DNA of 64,000 nucleotides from Chloroflexia bacterium (GTDB lineage Bacteria; Chloroflexota; Chloroflexia; QHBQ01; JADMIH01): NCBI GenBank assembly GCA_036388595.1, contig DASVRN010000110.1, positions 8,953 to 72,952 of the forward strand, read 5' to 3'. Shown piece by piece: positions 58,425 to 64,000 of this stretch (position 1 is its first letter; each line of letters starts with the position of its first letter). The notes under the pieces were generated by a model. It saw only the letters and a program-made list of their open reading frames with translations, ran no database searches and was not told where the DNA came from. The position numbers and the translations under genes were made by a program.

Positions 58425-59922
58425 GGTACATGCTGGAGGACTGGCTAACCATCGTCCTTAGTTCCGCTCTGCCCGATGAGGCATAGAGCACGAGTTCCGA
58501 TGGGCCTGCCGCTATCATCAGGCCGCCCTCGAAGTAGGCCACAAGACCGACTACCAATGTGTCCGGCGTATTCGTCTCTGAGGGTGAGGTGGCCCAGCCG
58601 AGTTCATCGTGCAAGTCCTGTTCCACCCAGACTTTGAGGAAAGTGCCGGTGGGCGGGTACAGGCCAGAGGGCACCTCCCCGGGCGGCTCAGGTATGCCGG
58701 AAGGATTTATGCCATTGAATGTCAACACGCGGCGATCATCGAACAACAACACATAGATGTCTTCGAGATCGGACATGGCGGCTGTGTGAGTACCAGCCTC
58801 ATTGACCGATCTGTTTGCACTCCGCGCCGTCACGCTTACCATCATGCCGCGCTGGAAGCTCTGGTGCGTCACAGTGGTGGCCTTCTCCTGCTCGCGCTGG
58901 CATTTCAGACGGACCTTTACGAACTCGTTGTTCTGATAGATCGGGGAGAATCGCCGTCCCAGGGTGCCGGGCTGGCACGGCTTAAGCAGCACGTCGGGCT
59001 TGCCCGCGCCCTTGTACCGCCAGTCGTAGTAGTGCAGGCCCACGTTGCCCATCTGTACCTTGAAACCGTCTGGGGCGTCGGGCACGTAGGTGAGCACCCG
59101 CCGCTCGTATGCCTGCACCATGACCGGCGTGTCCTTACCCGCAATAGCCACCTGCGTCCAGTAGGCTTCGCTGATCGGGTAGCCTGTTACGTAGAAATAG
59201 GGTACGCTGAGTTGCTCGGTCGTCACCTCACCGTTTTCTGCGACGGGGCCTTCAGCGTTCAGGAAATCAAAGAATACATCGGGGATGTTGTGTTTGGTAG
59301 CAGGCTCATAGTAGGCGTACTCGACACCGTATTCTTCGGCTTGCTTGACAAAGAGTTGCGCGGTTGCCGAGTCGGGGTACCCGTCATCTGCGAGCCTCTG
59401 TAAGACCTGCTTGCCTAGCGCTTCCTGGGCGTTCTGCTCTATCACGTATCCGAGGCTGGCGTACTTAACTGCTCCCGCGTTGCCTGTTGTGTCGCCTGCC
59501 ACCGGGACCTCGGCGGGGTAGCGGAAGGCGAATTTACGGTCCCCGGTCTGCATGTTGCCGCTGACAAGCTCTTTAGTCAGCAGGCCATTGGTGACATAGA
59601 AGGGGCTGTTGGGATCGGCATCCGGGTTATTGATCTCCATCCGGCTCTTGTCGAAGTACTGCACCAGGTGCTTGCCCTTAGGACCCTCTACATAGTCCTC
59701 AAGTACCTGCCCGGTGTTAGGTTTTGGCCCCCAATACCAGCTTCGCTTTACCGCGCCCGTGGCTACCAACGAGTCGGTGCGGGTCCACACTTGTTCGAAT
59801 GCGGGATCGGCGAATCTGTTTCCCTGGTTGGCTTGGACGGTTGAGCTATTCGGCGTGCCGGAAAGCAGGGTTGCTGCCAGCAGCGACAAGGCGAATAGGG
59901 TAGAAAGCTGCCGAGTCTTCAC
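58381..59922 (-). CDS. secreted protein, function unknown
   Basis: Signal peptide MKTRQLSTLFALSLLAATLLSG. 513 aa. Confidence 0.5.
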   Translation of the reverse strand: MKTRQLSTLFALSLLAATLLSGTPNSSTVQANQGNRFADPAFEQVWTRTDSLVATGAVKRSWYWGPKPNTGQVLEDYVEGPKGKHLVQYFDKSRMEINNPDADPNSPFYVTNGLLTKELVSGNMQTGDRKFAFRYPAEVPVAGDTTGNAGAVKYASLGYVIEQNAQEALGKQVLQRLADDGYPDSATAQLFVKQAEEYGVEYAYYEPATKHNIPDVFFDFLNAEGPVAENGEVTTEQLSVPYFYVTGYPISEAYWTQVAIAGKDTPVMVQAYERRVLTYVPDAPDGFKVQMGNVGLHYYDWRYKGAGKPDVLLKPCQPGTLGRRFSPIYQNNEFVKVRLKCQREQEKATTVTHQSFQRGMMVSVTARSANRSVNEAGTHTAAMSDLEDIYVLLFDDRRVLTFNGINPSGIPEPPGEVPSGLYPPTGTFLKVWVEQDLHDELGWATSPSETNTPDTLVVGLVAYFEGGLMIAAGPSELVLYASSGRAELRTMVSQSSSMYHVDHWIRFLEGRQR

Positions 59923-60187
59923 TGAACGCTCCTCTCTCCACTAATGTGTGTTACTACCGTGCTACTGTAATGTTACTACAAGATACCTGCCTTGTAACTG
60001 TGAATTGGGGAGCGGGCTGTGAGGCTCTTTCCTCTTTATTTTAACCGGCAAGATGCAAAGAGCGCCAAGTATCCGCAACGAACATTATTACTTTATTGCA
60101 CCGCAGTGGACAAGAACTAATTTCAAGACCCTGTTGTATTTTGTAGAATGTGGGTATGTCAGAATGCATTTGGGGCCGTAATCTGCG

Positions 60188-61321
60188 TTGGGTAATTTGC
60201 GTGTGCTACGTCCAGCGCTACCTGAGGCGAGGGGGTGTAGTGTGATAGTAAACCATATAGCGAGGTGGGATGGGACGCGGTGGTCTGCGCTGGGGGAGGG
60301 GTTGGGGTTGCACGGTATTGTGTATGCGGTGGCGGTGAGCGAGGCGACCGGGGACGTGTACGCAGGCGGAGTGTTCAATCAGGCGGGTGGTATGCCTGGC
60401 ACCAAACGCCTTGCGCGGTGGGATGGAACGCGGTGGCATGACGTTGGGGGTGGGGTAGCAGAGGGCAAGTGGTGGGATGGGACGCGGTGGCATGACGTTG
60501 GGGTTGGGATAGGAGAGGGCAAGTGGTGGTGGGTTAGTGCCATTGCTGTCAGCGGGACGGATGTATATGTTGGAGGGACGTTCGGGCGGGTGGGAGGGGT
60601 GAAGACAGGGTGCATTGCCAAATGGGACGGCAGGGAGTGGTCGGGCTTGGGGGGCGGGCTAGGTGAGTTTGACCCGAAGGTGAGGGCTCTCGCGGTCAAG
60701 GGGAGCGATCTATACGTGGGGGGCATCTTCAGCCATGCGGGAGGGGTGGAGGCGAGAAATATCGCACGGTGGGACGGTAGGGAGTGGCACGCTCTCGGCA
60801 GCGGCAAGAGGGACAGCGGCGGCACCCGGGCGGCCTGGGTTGAAGATATAGCGGTCAAGGGGAGCGATGTATATGTTGGTGGGGGATTCATCGATGCGGG
60901 ATGGAGGACTACCCGATATATAGCCCGCTGGGACGGAGAAACCTGGCACGAAATGGACGAGGACGATGGAAACCCGGTCGTGGGGTCAGTTGCGGCCCTC
61001 ACGGTATGGGGCGAGGATGTGTATGCTGGCGGGCATTGGACCCATTACCAGAAGCCGATGAACTGTCTAGCGAAATGGGATGGGCGAGCCTGGGGTGACC
61101 TGGGCGAGGTTACCAGCGACACCGTGTGCGCGATCAGGGCGAGCCGCGATTATCTTTATATTGGGGGATGGTTCAACGCGCCTGGCCGGTATATAGCGCG
61201 CTGGGACGGCAGGGAGTGGTCCAGTGTGGGGGGTGGGACTAACCACCGGGTCTATGCGATTGCGGTGAACGAGGCTACAGGGGAAGTGTACGCAGGTGGG
61301 GCATTCACTGAGGCAGACTGA
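60188..61321 (+). CDS. beta-propeller repeat protein with seven (I/V)A(R/K)WDGxxW...G.G...VYVGG repeats
   Basis: Seven approximately 45-aa repeats. An in-frame 54-bp tandem duplication lies at 60418-60525. Confidence 0.55.
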   Translation: MGNLRVLRPALPEARGCSVIVNHIARWDGTRWSALGEGLGLHGIVYAVAVSEATGDVYAGGVFNQAGGMPGTKRLARWDGTRWHDVGGGVAEGKWWDGTRWHDVGVGIGEGKWWWVSAIAVSGTDVYVGGTFGRVGGVKTGCIAKWDGREWSGLGGGLGEFDPKVRALAVKGSDLYVGGIFSHAGGVEARNIARWDGREWHALGSGKRDSGGTRAAWVEDIAVKGSDVYVGGGFIDAGWRTTRYIARWDGETWHEMDEDDGNPVVGSVAALTVWGEDVYAGGHWTHYQKPMNCLAKWDGRAWGDLGEVTSDTVCAIRASRDYLYIGGWFNAPGRYIARWDGREWSSVGGGTNHRVYAIAVNEATGEVYAGGAFTEAD

Positions 61322-61564
61322 GTAGATCTGAATAATGAGCCTGCACGTATCAGGGCCTGCTTCGGTCACGCTGGTTGCTATTAGTTGTCAGGGTTCGGAG
61401 CTATAAACCCTGGCACGGAACTAGCTACACATAGGGCTGCCGCAGACCGTCCACAATGCCGCTTTGCAAGCTGTGGATGGGATATACTGGCCGTACCTAC
61501 CGCTGCCCCAACCGTCTCGGTCATGGGAAGCGGGTACAGGCATTCTATCTCGATGAGGAGTGGA

Positions 61565-63124
61565 ATGATTGACGAGAGAATAAATACTACGCCGCATGGC
61601 TTCGATGCGGAAGCCAACTTGCCTCCGGGCTTCCTCGATTTCTTCCGGCCGCTGCACCGCGAGTTCACCCCTCGACAGCAGGCGCTCGCCCGCCGGCGTG
61701 CGGACGTGCTTGCCTACGCCCACATGGGCAACCTGCCCGGCCATTTGCTACCCTCTGAGGCCAATGGGGGCGGCTGGCGCATAGACCTGCCGGAATGGTG
61801 CCAGGACCAGCGTAACCAGATGACCGGCCCCGCCGACGACGCCGAGCTTGTGGTCAAGATGCTCAACTCCGGCGCGCCCGGCGTGATGCTCGATCTCGAA
61901 GACTCGATGGCGAACTCCTGGCCCAACACGTTGAAGGGTATCAGCAACGTTCTCTCCGCGCTGGTGGGTGAGCTAACTTATACGGACCAGAAGCGGGGCG
62001 GGGAGGTGGGCATCAAAGACAGCCCCACCGTCATATGGACCCGGCCCCGCGGCCTGCACATTACGCAAGCAGGGGTGGTGCCCGGCGACGAACTGACTTC
62101 GGCCTCGCTGTTCGACGTAGCCATGATCGCTTACCAGGTTGAGCCTGCGAGGCTCAAGCACCCCCTGTGCATCTACATCCCCAAGACCGAGTCGGCGGAC
62201 GAAGCCTTGTGGTGGCGTGACTTGTTCCAGGCTATTTCGGCGGCAAAGGGTTTGCCTCGCGACTATATCAAGTGCATGGCGCTGGTCGAGTCGCACCCGC
62301 TGGCGTTCCAGATGGAGGAGTTCGTCTACAACCTGCGCGAGCACATCCTGGGTCTCAACCTGGGGCGGTGGGACTACATGGCGAGCCTCATCCACTTCAA
62401 CTTCAACGACCCCAAGTGGGTGTTGCCTGACCGCAACACGATTCCCCACAACGTGCCCTTCTTCCAGAACCTGCGCGAGCTAATACCGGAAATCTGTCAT
62501 AAGCGGGGCATCCTGGCGATTGGCGGCATGACTGCCCTCTTCCCCAGCCGCGTCGATCCCGAACTGAACGAGCGCGCGCTCAAAGTGCTTGCCGAGGACA
62601 AGAAGAACGAGGCGAACAGCCTGATGGACGGCGCGTGGACCGGCCACCCCGACCAGAACGAGATCGCGGTGAGCCAGTTCCCGTACCCCAACCAGCTAGA
62701 TGCCCGCCCGCAGGGTATAGAGAGGTACCCCGACCTGCGCCCCTCGCCCGAAAGCGTGGGCAAGCGCACCCTAGAGGGCACGCGCGCCGCCGTGAGGACG
62801 GTTATACGCTATCGCAACGGCGTGCTAAACGGCAAGGGCGCGAGCCTGCTCGACGGCTACATGGAGGACCTGGCGACCGACCGCATCTACCGCCTGATGA
62901 TCGCCCAGCGCATCAAGCACCGAGACTCCGTGACCATCACCGGCGAAGAAGGCGAGACGGTCGAGCACACGCCCGACCTCGTGAGCCGCCTCTTTGACGA
63001 GGAGCTTGACAGATTACTGCGGGAGCTACCGGAGAATGCTCCCCCGGACGCTGCGGGCAAGTTCAAGATGGCTCGTGAGATAAGCGAAAGGATGATTACC
63101 AGGGGCGAGTTCGACCCGCTATAG
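61565..63124 (+). CDS. aceB: malate synthase
   Basis: GAGGAG-N5-ATG at 61565. Malate-synthase family motifs (KTESADEALWWRDLF; LAIGGMTALFPS; DGAWTGHPDQ). Confidence 0.8.
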   Translation: MIDERINTTPHGFDAEANLPPGFLDFFRPLHREFTPRQQALARRRADVLAYAHMGNLPGHLLPSEANGGGWRIDLPEWCQDQRNQMTGPADDAELVVKMLNSGAPGVMLDLEDSMANSWPNTLKGISNVLSALVGELTYTDQKRGGEVGIKDSPTVIWTRPRGLHITQAGVVPGDELTSASLFDVAMIAYQVEPARLKHPLCIYIPKTESADEALWWRDLFQAISAAKGLPRDYIKCMALVESHPLAFQMEEFVYNLREHILGLNLGRWDYMASLIHFNFNDPKWVLPDRNTIPHNVPFFQNLRELIPEICHKRGILAIGGMTALFPSRVDPELNERALKVLAEDKKNEANSLMDGAWTGHPDQNEIAVSQFPYPNQLDARPQGIERYPDLRPSPESVGKRTLEGTRAAVRTVIRYRNGVLNGKGASLLDGYMEDLATDRIYRLMIAQRIKHRDSVTITGEEGETVEHTPDLVSRLFDEELDRLLRELPENAPPDAAGKFKMAREISERMITRGEFDPL

Positions 63125-63173
63125 TGGTTCGTAATGTGAAGCAGTTGGTTCGGTAGTATCGAGCGCCGTCCCT

Positions 63174-63310
63174 GTCATTTCGAACGGAGTGAGAAATCTC
63201 GTCCTACACCAGGATGTTGACCTTTCCTACGGAACCCTCCTGGACCGCTTGCAGGAAAGGTGATACTTGGGAGGTGAAGGACGAGATTTCTCACTCCGTT
63301 CGAAATGACA
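63174..63310. repeat. REP/BIME-like inverted-hairpin element, copy G (type 2 arms TGTCATTTCGAACGGAGTGAGAAATCTCGTCC)
   Basis: Between aceB and aceA. Confidence 0.8.
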
Positions 63311-63445
63311 AAGATGGGGCTTTGACCTCGTGTGACGCCCGCAATGCAAATGCGGTGGTCACGAGCAAATAGGGAACATAGGTGTTCCCACATGAGGAAC
63401 GTTGTAGCCGGTTTGAGGTAGGTTAACAAGGAGGTTAACAGCACT

Positions 63446-64000
63446 ATGGTACAAGAAGTAACTAAGAACGTGACACAGGACGGGCACAGTAACGGGCACG
63501 GCAACGGTCAGACTCCAGCGTCTGCACAGCCCCAGGTAGAGCTTGCGCCCACGCCGCTCTTACCTGAGGGGTATATGGTGCCCAAATCGCGCTGGACGCA
63601 CCCTAGCACTCGCATGCGGCAGTTGCTGGAGACCGAGCCGTACCTGTTCGGGCCGGGGGTGTACGATCCCTTCGGCGCGCAGCTTGCGATGTACTACGGC
63701 TTCAAGGCGGTCTACTTCAGCGGCTATTCCTTCGCGATAGGCCACCTCGGCACCACCGATATGGACCTCTACTCCAGCGTGGAGATCGCCGATGCCGCCC
63801 GCCGCACGGTGAGCGCCCTGCGCAAGTTCCAGCTAACGATGGCAATTGGCGAGCCGGAGAAGGGCACACCGCCCAGGCACCTGGAGATACCGCCCCTCAT
63901 CGTGGACATGGACGGCGGCTACGGCAACATCTTCAACGTGCAGCGGACGGCGGAGCTATACGTCGGCGCGGGCGTGGCGGCCGCCCACATCGAAGACCAG
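63446..64000 (+). CDS. aceA: isocitrate lyase (3' end lies outside the window)
   Basis: AAGGAGG-N11-ATG. ICL/PEP-mutase motifs (YDPFGAQLA; DMDGGYGN; AGVAAAHIEDQ). The frame is open to the window end. Confidence 0.8.
   Translation, partial: MVQEVTKNVTQDGHSNGHGNGQTPASAQPQVELAPTPLLPEGYMVPKSRWTHPSTRMRQLLETEPYLFGPGVYDPFGAQLAMYYGFKAVYFSGYSFAIGHLGTTDMDLYSSVEIADAARRTVSALRKFQLTMAIGEPEKGTPPRHLEIPPLIVDMDGGYGNIFNVQRTAELYVGAGVAAAHIEDQ

Overview
This is a high-GC (~62%) bacterial chromosomal window with a Chloroflexota-like repeat signature. It mixes core genes (gyrB, plsX, tdk, rpmE-rpmA-rplU, aceB-aceA, oppD/oppF, an OGG-type DNA glycosylase) with accessory-looking content. Four things stand out. (1) A roughly 10.5-kb RHS/YD-repeat (Tc-toxin BC-like) polymorphic-toxin island at 44.0-54.6 kb: an 8.3-kb toxin gene with two tandem inserted ~200-aa domains and an alpha/beta-hydrolase (GHSEG) C-terminal tip, a downstream membrane immunity candidate, an orphan core-end remnant, an AT-rich upstream region, and inverted arrays of a palindromic AGTTGCAACT-like motif on both flanks. 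(2) An MntA/HepT (nucleotidyltransferase/HEPN) toxin-antitoxin cassette inserted at the 3' end of gyrB, bracketed by a 98-bp duplicated gyrB terminus whose three differences are all synonymous. (3) Seven copies of a REP/BIME-like inverted-hairpin element in three covarying sequence types, one of which carries a nested ~290-bp MITE. (4) Ten or more STRR-like heptanucleotide tandem-repeat hairpin arrays at gene boundaries, including inside the oppD-oppF and rplU-rpmA operons. An 11-kb cell-surface polysaccharide cluster lies at 27.7-38.9 kb (WecB, DegT, Gfo/Idh/MocA, UDP-sugar dehydrogenase, FkbM, Wzx, two GT4, one GT39-like). Two divergent XRE regulators share a mirror-symmetric leaderless promoter arrangement. 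No tRNA, rRNA, CRISPR array, transposase or integrase was found.
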